Positions 1-7,457 of a stretch of DNA of 64,000 nucleotides are shown here, in pieces (the stretch's first letter is position 1; the number at the start of each line of letters is the position of its first letter). The translations under genes were made by a program, and so were the position numbers. The stretch is from an uncultured Planctomycetales bacterium (lineage in GTDB: Bacteria; Omnitrophota; Gorgyraeia; Gygaellales; Profunditerraquicolaceae): assembly GCA_964545575.1 (NCBI GenBank), contig CAZJFL010000001.1, positions 69,878 through 133,877 of the forward strand, in the 5' to 3' direction. The notes under the pieces are model-generated. The model was not told where the DNA came from. It worked only from the letters and a program-made list of their open reading frames with translations, and ran no database searches.

Positions 1-1272
1 CAGCCTGATGGGGCTGGCTTCATGCATAAAGGTGGCCAGCGACATTTTAACCCTGCCTACAGCGGTAATAATATCCTGCCAGGAATCTTTTATGTTCTCC
101 AAAGACACTCCCGGATTATTCTCTACCGGCTCTACCTTGTTTTCCTGAGGCTGTTTTTGGAGAATATTCTGCGCAGGGGGATCTTTTTTGATATGGGTTA
201 ATTTAACCAGCGCTATCTCCAGCGGTATGCGCAAAGAATCCAGCCGCCTGGACATTTCATGCGTGTTGACCAATATGTTGAAAACGCTGAATATCTCTCC
301 CAGGCTAAAGGACCCCGATTGCTCCAGCAATCTATCGCAAATATCCTGCGGTAAATCTATTAATTTGGCGTCTGCCTGCGTGATTTTGGCGATCATCAGG
401 TTGCGGAAATGCTCAATCAGATTCGTCAGAAATACGCTGGTATCCTTGCCTTCTTCGATAACGGTGTTTAATAAATTGAGGGCTTTTTCTGTATCTTTTA
501 CTATTATGGTATCGGCTATGGCAAATAATGCCTCCTGCTCCACGAGGCCAAAAAGCGATACGATATCCTCTAGAGACACCTCGTTTTTAGCAAAGGCGAC
601 CAGCTGGTCTAAAACCGATTCCGCATCCCGAAGAGACCCGTCGCTGCTCTTGGCTATGGCAAATAATACTTCCTTGCTTACCTTGGCCTTTTCCTGCCCG
701 GCTATTTTTTCAAGCTGCGCAATTATCTCTAATACCGGGATGCGCCGGAAATCAAAACGCTGGCACCTGGAAAGCACCGTCGGGATAACCTTGTGGGGCT
801 GGGTGGTCGCGAAGATGAACTTAACAAACTCCGGAGGCTCTTCCAGGGTTTTCAGCAGCGCGTTAAAAGCATCCGTAGTCAGCATATGCACTTCGTCGAT
901 AATATAGATTTTGAATCTTGCGCTGACCGCGGCGAACTTTACGTTTTCCCGAAGCGTGCGGATTTCGTCGATACCCCTGTTAGAGGCGCCGTCTATCTCG
1001 ATGACGTCGAGGCTGCGCCCTTGCGTTATCTGGAGGCAGGAAGTGCATTTCCCGCAAGGATTAGCGGTTAGGCCCTCTTTACAATTTAAGGCCTTAGCTA
1101 AAATCCGGGCGGTAGAAGTTTTACCGACTCCGCGCGGGCCGGTAAAAAGATAGGCGTTGGCGACCCTCTCCTTCTCCAGGGCAGCTTTTAATTTGGTAAC
1201 TATATGGGCCTGCCCCACAATCTCATTAAAGCTCTGCGGCCGCCACTTCAAAGCAAAAACCACATATCCCAT
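1..1272 (-). CDS. dnaX: DNA polymerase III subunit gamma/tau (3' end runs off window)
   Basis: Manual reverse-strand translation from ATG at 1272: MGYVVFALKWRPQSFNEIVGQAH...AYLFTGPRGVGKTSTARILAKALNC...EIDGASNRG...IIDEVHML; absent from ORF track because no stop in window. Confidence 0.95.
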   Translation of the reverse strand, partial: MGYVVFALKWRPQSFNEIVGQAHIVTKLKAALEKERVANAYLFTGPRGVGKTSTARILAKALNCKEGLTANPCGKCTSCLQITQGRSLDVIEIDGASNRGIDEIRTLRENVKFAAVSARFKIYIIDEVHMLTTDAFNALLKTLEEPPEFVKFIFATTQPHKVIPTVLSRCQRFDFRRIPVLEIIAQLEKIAGQEKAKVSKEVLFAIAKSSDGSLRDAESVLDQLVAFAKNEVSLEDIVSLFGLVEQEALFAIADTIIVKDTEKALNLLNTVIEEGKDTSVFLTNLIEHFRNLMIAKITQADAKLIDLPQDICDRLLEQSGSFSLGEIFSVFNILVNTHEMSRRLDSLRIPLEIALVKLTHIKKDPPAQNILQKQPQENKVEPVENNPGVSLENIKDSWQDIITAVGRVKMSLATFMHEASPIRL

Positions 1273-1273
1273 C

Positions 1274-2608
1274 TTATAAATCCTTACTCTTTAAACCCAG
1301 CTCTGCGATTGCCTGCTCAGGGCTACTGGTATATTTACGGCAGAACCTGGTGACCTGCTGTATGTCGGTAATGCCCTTTTCTGAAAGCGCATCCACCAAT
1401 CTCACCCTTCTCTTTAATTCCTCGACCAGCTCTCTGGAAGATCTGCCGCTTATCTGGGAGAGCCTGTCCCTGTAGGTGCCGCCCCCTCCCGGCTCAAGGA
1501 ATTCGTGCTTGGGCAAATCATAAGACCAGAGAGAGCCCAATAAAACCGTGTTTTTTTCCATCCCGCCGGTCTCAGCCAGCTCTCCTACCACGCGCTTGAT
1601 CTGGCCGTCTACTTTAAACCGGCGCATAACCACAAAGACATCGATTAAGTTTATCAGCGCGTTGGGTATATTCATCGGTTCGTTTTCCAGGCGCATTACC
1701 GTCTCTCTGGGTGTGGATGCGTGCAGGGTCCCCATGCAATACTTGCCGATATTCATGGCGGTCATCAAATCCTGGGCTTCTCTGCCCCTGACCTCTCCCA
1801 CAATCACTCTATCCGGGCGCATGCGTAAAGAGTTCTTGACTAAATCCGCCAGCGTCGTTTCCTCATCACTCTCCAGGCGCGAACAATTCTCTTCCAAATC
1901 GGTATTTAACTCTAAGGTGTCCTCAATAACCACTATCCGTTCTTTTGCGGGGATAAAACTAAAAAGCGCGTTTAATAAAGTGGTCTTGCCCGAACCCGGG
2001 CCTCCGGAGATGATAATATTTGCCGGCTTGACATTAAGGCCTTCTACGTAAAGCCAAAGCTGCGCGGCTAATTCAGGGTTAAGCGCGCCGTTATTCACCA
2101 GCTCGATGATGCTTAAGGGTTTTTCTTTGGCGCGGGTGATGGTAATCTGCGGCCCGAAGGGGGAATACACGATGTTGGCTCTTCCCTTTACTTCGGCAAG
2201 CTCGACGTTATTTATCTTTTTGATATCTTTCCTCCCCGAGAAAAAAACCAGCTTTTTGATAAAGAGGTCCAACTCTTCGCGGGAAGAAAACTTTTTATCC
2301 GTAGTGATCATGCCTACCCTGGTCTTGTGCACATAGATAGGAGAAAGATAGTTGATCATAATATCTTCCACTTCCGGGTCGGAAAGAAACTCCTCGATGA
2401 TCCCGTAGGAAAGAAACTCGTTAAAAAACTGCTCTAACTCCAGCCCCTTGCATTTATGGATAAACCTCTGGCAGACGGGAGAATTATAGTATTCCAAAAA
2501 AACCTGAAAGATGACCTCACGTTTGCAGGTCAGGTCTTGCAGCAGAAAAAGCTTACCCAATAGCTTATCCAGTATATCGTTTTCAATAGCGATTCTTTCT
2601 TTATCCAT
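1274..2608 (-). CDS. CpaF/TadA/VirB11-family secretion or pilus ATPase
   Basis: Walker A GGPGSGKTT, IEDTLEL Asp box, LRMRPDRVIVGEVRG, GTLHA His box. Confidence 0.9.
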   Translation of the reverse strand: MDKERIAIENDILDKLLGKLFLLQDLTCKREVIFQVFLEYYNSPVCQRFIHKCKGLELEQFFNEFLSYGIIEEFLSDPEVEDIMINYLSPIYVHKTRVGMITTDKKFSSREELDLFIKKLVFFSGRKDIKKINNVELAEVKGRANIVYSPFGPQITITRAKEKPLSIIELVNNGALNPELAAQLWLYVEGLNVKPANIIISGGPGSGKTTLLNALFSFIPAKERIVVIEDTLELNTDLEENCSRLESDEETTLADLVKNSLRMRPDRVIVGEVRGREAQDLMTAMNIGKYCMGTLHASTPRETVMRLENEPMNIPNALINLIDVFVVMRRFKVDGQIKRVVGELAETGGMEKNTVLLGSLWSYDLPKHEFLEPGGGGTYRDRLSQISGRSSRELVEELKRRVRLVDALSEKGITDIQQVTRFCRKYTSSPEQAIAELGLKSKDL

Positions 2609-2622
2609 ATTTTCTCCTTATT

Positions 2623-2721
2623 GGGCATGCACTCCGCTCGCTAAACCGCTTGTCGCGGTTTGCCCTTCGGGCCGCTCGCTTGAGTGCCGAAAAAATTTTG
2701 TTTGTCTCAAAATTTTTTCGG
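2623..2721 (-). repeat. Structured tRNA 3' trailer element (copy A)
   Basis: 14-bp perfect IR 2687-2700/2708-2721 including the tRNA 3' CCG, then a branched hairpin with two AGCGAGCG motifs; same architecture at 6591-6681. Confidence 0.7.
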
Positions 2722-2808
2722 AGAGGCAGGGATTCGAACCCTGGGGGCCAGTTACCCAGCCCAATTGCTTAGCAGGCAACTCCGTTAAGCCAGCTCCGGC
2801 ACCTCTCC
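2719..2808 (-). tRNA. tRNA-Ser(GCT), CCA not encoded
   Basis: GGAGAGGTGCCGGAGCTGGCTTAACGG...GTTGC-CTGCTAA-GCAAT, long variable arm, GGTTCGAATCC, CCTCTCCG. Confidence 0.95.
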
Positions 2809-2814
2809 AAATTC

Positions 2815-2866
2815 AATGAGCGCACAATTTACGGAACGAAGTGAATGTAAATTGTATGCGCGAATT
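2815..2866 (+). repeat. AATGA...GAATT palindromic element (copy 1)
   Basis: AATGA-GCGCACAATTTAC-GGAACGAAGTGAAT-GTAAATTGTATGCGC-GAATT. Confidence 0.65.
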
Positions 2867-2877
2867 AATCCCGCACG

Positions 2878-3333
2878 CTATTTATTACGTTTGCGGGAAA
2901 AAAATTCCGTTAATAAAGAGCTGCATTCCTTTTCTAAAATCCCGCCCTTTACTTTAATGCGATGATTTAATTTCTTATGATTTATAATATTCACTACAGA
3001 GCCGCATGCGCCTGTTTTGGGGTCCTTTGCGCCGTAATACAGGTTCTTAATGCGCGCCAGAACAGAAGCACCGGCGCACATACTGCACGGTTCAATTGTA
3101 ACATAAAGACAGCATCCGGACAACCATTTGCTCCCCAGGTAATTAGTCGCAGAAGTCAAAGTCAACATCTCGGCGTGTGCGGTAGGATCCTTCAGGGATT
3201 CAACTTGATTATATCCGCGGGCGATAATCCTATCTTTATAAACTACCACCGCTCCGACGGGAACTTCATCTTTTTCAAAGGCTTTACGGGCTTCCTTTAA
3301 AGCCTCCTGCATAAAACGGGTATGTTTTAGCAT
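2878..3333 (-). CDS. tadA: tRNA adenosine(34) deaminase
   Basis: EVPVGAV, DPTAHAE, LYVTIEPCSMCAGA motifs. Confidence 0.95.
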   Translation of the reverse strand: MLKHTRFMQEALKEARKAFEKDEVPVGAVVVYKDRIIARGYNQVESLKDPTAHAEMLTLTSATNYLGSKWLSGCCLYVTIEPCSMCAGASVLARIKNLYYGAKDPKTGACGSVVNIINHKKLNHRIKVKGGILEKECSSLLTEFFSRKRNK

Positions 3334-3345
3334 TGCCTAAATAAG

Positions 3346-3419
3346 TGCGCCTGGCTGGGATCGAACCAGCAACAACCAGCTCCGTAGGCTGATGCTCTAT
3401 CCAATTGAGCTACAGGCGC
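3346..3419 (-). tRNA. tRNA-Arg(ACG), CCA not encoded
   Basis: GCGCCTGTAGCTCAATTGGATAGAGC-A-TCAGC-CTACGGA-GCTGG...GGTTCGATCC...CAGGCGCA. Confidence 0.95.
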
Positions 3420-3468
3420 GTTAATCTTTTTGCCTCCTGTAGCGAATCCGCCAACGTTCTGTGGCAGA

Positions 3469-3483
3469 GAGCTACAGGCGCGT
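3469..3483 (-). repeat. 15-bp duplicate of the 5' end of tRNA-Arg(ACG)
   Basis: gagctacaggcgcgt at 3469-3483 equals 3407-3421. Confidence 0.7.
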
Positions 3484-3486
3484 ATC

Positions 3487-3798
3487 TTAAAGCTGAAGGA
3501 TAATTTCAAAGAGGAACTTCATATCCAGAATCGCAAGCAAGATCAAAATAGGTCCTGCTATCAGGTGGTAATTAAATAACAGGTTATCTAGCCAGGTTAT
3601 ATTGGCGTCCAAGGGGACAAGCGCAGGCGTATGAAACACCTCCAGTTTTAAGCGCTTGTCTATCTTATAATAAATCTCCAGCGAGAAAGTAAAAATCATG
3701 CTTATGATACAGATTAATCCGTAAGTAACGAAAACTAAGGCGCTTAAAAACCACCCCAATTCATCGACAGTCATGAAATTGATATTGGTATTAAACAT
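3487..3798 (-). CDS. Small hypothetical membrane protein
   Basis: Two hydrophobic segments; AAAGGAA upstream of ATG. Confidence 0.65.
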   Translation of the reverse strand: MFNTNINFMTVDELGWFLSALVFVTYGLICIISMIFTFSLEIYYKIDKRLKLEVFHTPALVPLDANITWLDNLLFNYHLIAGPILILLAILDMKFLFEIILQL

Positions 3799-3856
3799 TT
3801 TTGCGTTCCTTTCTCGTCACTACGCCCATTGTCGGACAAATAATCCTAGTACTAAT

Positions 3857-3993
<137 letters not shown>

Positions 3994-4003
3994 CAGATAT
4001 GAA

Positions 4004-5005
4004 TTAGACTTTTGAATTCTTATAAGACCTAAATCTCTCTATATGTTTACTATTATGACTACCGATTATTTGCATATATTTGTTAACTTCTTTTCTATCA
4101 TAAATGAAAATATGCCTTCCTCCGGCAGTTTTGCAATTTAAACTAAACCTCAGAAACATTTTATACGCCGAATTCAAAAGAGCTTTTGAATGACTCGTAA
4201 AACACAAACCCATATGCCTGTATTTAATTCCCTTGGTAGTGTGATTATGGAAATAAATACCTCCATCGGTATCCATTAAGCCCCTCAGGCAACTTTTTAC
4301 AAACTCGTTATCCTTAAAAATCCATTGCGGCACATCTGTGCCATTTAACATCTTGTTCCCTTTCTTCATACCGCAATTTATCAGAAAAAGAACGAGGTTT
4401 TTACTCGATACTGTAACAACAATGGTATTTTTATCCCTGACTGTGACAGTAGAGGTTATCTTAAATAAATCAGTGACAATTTTTTTGATGAAATAGGCAT
4501 AATCCCTGTCAGTTTTATTATTATAGATTCTGACTTGATGTTCATTTATTGAGCCATCGCCTAAAAGAATCCCAATAAATTCTGCTAACAAAGAAGATCT
4601 TCGAGGATAAATAATATTTTTCCTTAACTTAAAACCTACCTTTTTAGCGAATTCCGGGTCATTCCGAAATTTCAAAGCAGAGACCATACCCCCTTTTCTT
4701 CTGCCTTCTACTGTACCAAGACGCCCGTATAATTCATTCCGCCTTAAAGCCCCCAACCTTGCCGCGCTCTTAATATTCCAATCATCCGGGAGAACTTCTA
4801 TTCTTGGAACAGAAATTCTTAGTTTCTTCTTTAATGATTGAAGAGAAACGTAATTCATTTGATATTTATCCCTTCGCCAGTCAAATAAAGTTCGCTTATC
4901 CACCTTGCAAATTCCGGCTAAATTATGCCAATCAAGATTATTTTCTTTCTTAATCTTCCCCAGAAAACTTCTCTGTTTATTTTCTAGAAATTTTACTCTT
5001 GGCAT
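4004..5005 (-). CDS. Free-standing double-motif LAGLIDADG homing-endonuclease-like protein with N-terminal HTH
   Basis: LAEFIGILLGDGS and SCLRGLMDTDGG motifs; HTH-like LAGICKVDKRTLFDW; start reassigned to ATG 5005 because the track extension crosses a tRNA. Confidence 0.85.
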   Translation of the reverse strand: MPRVKFLENKQRSFLGKIKKENNLDWHNLAGICKVDKRTLFDWRRDKYQMNYVSLQSLKKKLRISVPRIEVLPDDWNIKSAARLGALRRNELYGRLGTVEGRRKGGMVSALKFRNDPEFAKKVGFKLRKNIIYPRRSSLLAEFIGILLGDGSINEHQVRIYNNKTDRDYAYFIKKIVTDLFKITSTVTVRDKNTIVVTVSSKNLVLFLINCGMKKGNKMLNGTDVPQWIFKDNEFVKSCLRGLMDTDGGIYFHNHTTKGIKYRHMGLCFTSHSKALLNSAYKMFLRFSLNCKTAGGRHIFIYDRKEVNKYMQIIGSHNSKHIERFRSYKNSKV

Positions 5006-5010
5006 AATAT

Positions 5011-5036
5011 AATTCCAACCGCTCTGCCACCTCTCC
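5011..5036 (-). pseudogene. Orphan 5' fragment of a tRNA-Ser (acceptor 5' strand plus D-arm)
   Basis: GGAGAGGTGGCAGAGCGGTTGGAAT; compare tRNA-Ser(TGA) GGAGGCGTGGCAGAGCGGTTGAAT. Confidence 0.7.
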
Positions 5037-5058
5037 AAGAATTTTATTGTATGGCGGC

Positions 5059-5117
5059 GCCGAAGCCAGAGGCTTCGGCATCCGCCATGTTTTTCAAGAG
5101 AAAAACATGGCGGAGAG
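5059..5117. repeat. 59-bp direct repeat, copy 2
   Basis: Identical to 3857-3915. Confidence 0.9.
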
Positions 5118-5197
5118 TGGAGGATTTGAACCTCCGTACCTCTTACGAGGTAACGCGCTTTCGAGGCGCGCGCTTTCAACCACTCAGCCAACTCTCC
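5108..5197 (-). tRNA. tRNA-Ser(CGA), CCA encoded
   Basis: GGAGAGTTGGCTGAGTGGTTGAAAGC-G-CGCGC-CTCGAAA-GCGCG, variable arm, GGTTCAAATCC, ACTCTCCGCCA. Confidence 0.95.
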
Positions 5198-5221
5198 AAA
5201 ATTTAAACGGACCCGTTTTGT

Positions 5222-5368
5222 TTACTTAAGCCGCTTCTCGAAGACCGCAAGCGCCGAATTCATATTGTCGGGGCTTCGATGAAATCCCCCATAGTCGGCA
5301 TTATCATCTTCAATCGCGCAGTCTGCAATACCAGCGTATTTACATATCCATTCGACCGCTTCACGCAT
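5222..5368 (-). CDS. Possible 48-aa ORF or gene remnant
   Basis: Manual translation MREAVEWICKYAGIADCAIEDDNADYGGFHRSPDNMNSALAVFEKRLK; below track cutoff. Confidence 0.3.
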   Translation of the reverse strand: MREAVEWICKYAGIADCAIEDDNADYGGFHRSPDNMNSALAVFEKRLK

Positions 5369-5381
5369 GCCGTCGATACCA

Positions 5382-6461
5382 TCACCCTCCGGGTTCGGGT
5401 CCTGTTTTTACATAGGTTCTTTTGCCAAATGAATTACTACGGCCATCAAGACAAGTTCCGCAAACCGGTAAGCTTTTTCTATCCGCATGTATTTTTCTTC
5501 TAAGATTTTGGTATTTTCCATTTCTCCAGATATCCCGTAAATCGTCTCGGAAAATATTTCCCATTATATGAAAAGATGCTAGATCGCTACAGCAAGGAGT
5601 TACATCGCCGTTAGAATTGATGACCGTGTAATACTCGATAGAACTACAGGAATTCGGTACTGCGACCTCGTTTACAAAAAGTCCGTCTTTTTCAACGTAG
5701 TTTCTATTAAACGAGGTATCGCGGGGAAAAATCTCTTTTGCTACTTTCTGAAAGTCAGAGCCATCAAAACCGATACCGACCGCTTTTTCCCTATATACAT
5801 CAGCATGCAGTTTTCCGGACATCTCTAACATCATTTGGCGTTGATGTTCGTTATGTTTCATGACAATAAATTGTAATTCGACTATCGGCTTTCTAGATTT
5901 CAGCTCTTTTTTTGCTTGATAGATTAATTCAAATCCTTTTATAACTGCGCTAAAATCAGCTCCTTTTCGGTATTTGTTATAGGTTTCGTGATCCGCGCCA
6001 TCAAGGCAGATAATTAAGTAATATAGGCCGCTTTTAACAACATATTTACAATATTCGATATCCTTAAAAAAAGTACCGTTCGTACATATGCGGATTCTAA
6101 TTCCAGATTCAGTGGCGTATCTAACCATTTGTAGAATATCTTTATGAAGGAAAGGTTCGCCAAGATTCCATAAATCTATATGGGCAATATAAGATCTAAC
6201 TTCATCAACGATTTTTTTAAATTCCTGCAGGCTCATTGATCTTGCTAGCCGATTTAATTTATTCGTACCTGTGGGGCATGCGATACAGCGGAGGTTACAA
6301 AGATTTGTCGGCTCTATAACAAGATAAAAAGGCAGAGGGGAAAATAGCGACTTTCCCGTTAATCCTTTTAATAATTTATATAAAATAATGTCAAAACGTC
6401 TTTTCTTGATTATTAAACAAAGCGCTTCTATTTTTTCAGTGAGGTATTTCATGAAATTCAT
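5382..6461 (-). CDS. Radical SAM protein with SPASM/Twitch domain
   Basis: CNLRCIAC; C-terminal C...INSNGDVTPCC...MGNI...CGTC; visibly AT-rich. Confidence 0.9.
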   Translation of the reverse strand: MNFMKYLTEKIEALCLIIKKRRFDIILYKLLKGLTGKSLFSPLPFYLVIEPTNLCNLRCIACPTGTNKLNRLARSMSLQEFKKIVDEVRSYIAHIDLWNLGEPFLHKDILQMVRYATESGIRIRICTNGTFFKDIEYCKYVVKSGLYYLIICLDGADHETYNKYRKGADFSAVIKGFELIYQAKKELKSRKPIVELQFIVMKHNEHQRQMMLEMSGKLHADVYREKAVGIGFDGSDFQKVAKEIFPRDTSFNRNYVEKDGLFVNEVAVPNSCSSIEYYTVINSNGDVTPCCSDLASFHIMGNIFRDDLRDIWRNGKYQNLRRKIHADRKSLPVCGTCLDGRSNSFGKRTYVKTGPEPGG

Positions 6462-6517
6462 TATTTTGTTTGAAAGTTTATTTCTATTATTTTACCATTA
6501 TTTCGGTAGCCCTACGA

Positions 6518-6556
6518 TTTCGAGGCGCGCGCTTTCAACCACTCAGCCAACTTTCC
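6518..6556 (-). pseudogene. Orphan 5' half of tRNA-Ser(CGA), ending at the end of the anticodon loop
   Basis: 39 bp matching 5159-5197 with one mismatch. Confidence 0.9.
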
Positions 6557-6590
6557 AAAGCTATAAATTTTCCTTATCAGAATGTATTGT

Positions 6591-6681
6591 GGTGCTAGCA
6601 CCACGCTCGCTATTTTGCTTGTTGCAAAATTACGCTCGCTTTGGTGCCGAAAATTTTTTCTTTATCAGAAAAAATTTTCGG
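6591..6681 (-). repeat. Structured tRNA 3' trailer element (copy B)
   Basis: 15-bp perfect IR 6647-6661/6667-6681 including the tRNA 3' CCG, then a hairpin with two AGCGAGCG motifs. Confidence 0.7.
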
Positions 6682-6765
6682 AGGCGGAAGGATTCGAACC
6701 CTCGATGGGCGTAAACCCACAACGGTTTTCAAGACCGCCGCATTCAACCGCTCTGCCACGCCTCC
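6679..6765 (-). tRNA. tRNA-Ser(TGA), CCA not encoded
   Basis: GGAGGCGTGGCAGAGCGGTTGAATGC-G-GCGGT-CTTGAAA-ACCGT, variable arm, GGTTCGAATCC. Confidence 0.95.
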
Positions 6766-6770
6766 CTCTC

Positions 6771-7448
6771 TTACCTTAAAAATAATTGCCTAAAGATAAG
6801 GTAAAATATATCGCTTGCCGCCCGGAAAGAACCCGAATAAAAATTGACCAACGAAAACTCTTTAAAAATAAAGCTCAGGCCCAGCCCAAGCAACGCAATA
6901 TTAACCAGGTACAGGAAAGAAAAACCAAAGAGATAGTTGGCCTTTAAAAAATCCCCCTGCTTCAGGCGCAGAGATTTTGCGCTGAATACAAGGTGCAGGG
7001 CGATGCTAAAGCCAAAAAAGAAAATAAAATAATTTATTAGATCCGCCGATTTAAAAATAGCCGCGGCCGGCGCATAGAGGACAAACAGGATGATGGTATA
7101 GACGGGTAATAGATAGGGCGCGAATTTTACCAAGGGATGAAAAAACTTAAATATTGCCTCTACCAGCTTCTGCCCCCTGGAATAAACTGTTACCGGCTCC
7201 CAAAGAAACAGATAAACCGCAAGAAACGCGATAACACCGCCCCAAAAATACCACTGAAGTTTAAAATCTATAAGATCAAGCTCCTTGATAAAGGCAACCG
7301 ACAGTGAATAAACAAAAGGCAGCAGGCAAAGCCCCAGAATGAACTTTACGATGCCGAAAACGCGGCCGGAGAAACCGGACATTCTAGGCACGGGAGCGCT
7401 GATTTCCACTTTGGGAATTTCTTTTTTAAGGGATTCTTTCTTTTTCAC
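6771..7448 (-). CDS. Hypothetical multi-pass membrane protein
   Basis: About 5 hydrophobic helices; tightly packed after serS. Confidence 0.75.
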   Translation of the reverse strand: MKKKESLKKEIPKVEISAPVPRMSGFSGRVFGIVKFILGLCLLPFVYSLSVAFIKELDLIDFKLQWYFWGGVIAFLAVYLFLWEPVTVYSRGQKLVEAIFKFFHPLVKFAPYLLPVYTIILFVLYAPAAAIFKSADLINYFIFFFGFSIALHLVFSAKSLRLKQGDFLKANYLFGFSFLYLVNIALLGLGLSFIFKEFSLVNFYSGSFRAASDIFYLIFRQLFLR

Positions 7449-7457
7449 AATAAATTT

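Noticed and set aside
188-1153. Plus-strand ORFs of 239, 92 and 80 aa, and all other plus-strand track ORFs
   Set aside because: Antisense shadows of well-supported minus-strand genes (here dnaX) with no recognisable motifs.
3327-3509. 60-aa minus-strand ORF
   Set aside because: Overlaps tRNA-Arg(ACG) entirely.
5006-5191. N-terminal extension of the LAGLIDADG ORF in the track
   Set aside because: Runs through tRNA-Ser(CGA) and its hairpin trailer; ATG 5005 is the plausible start.
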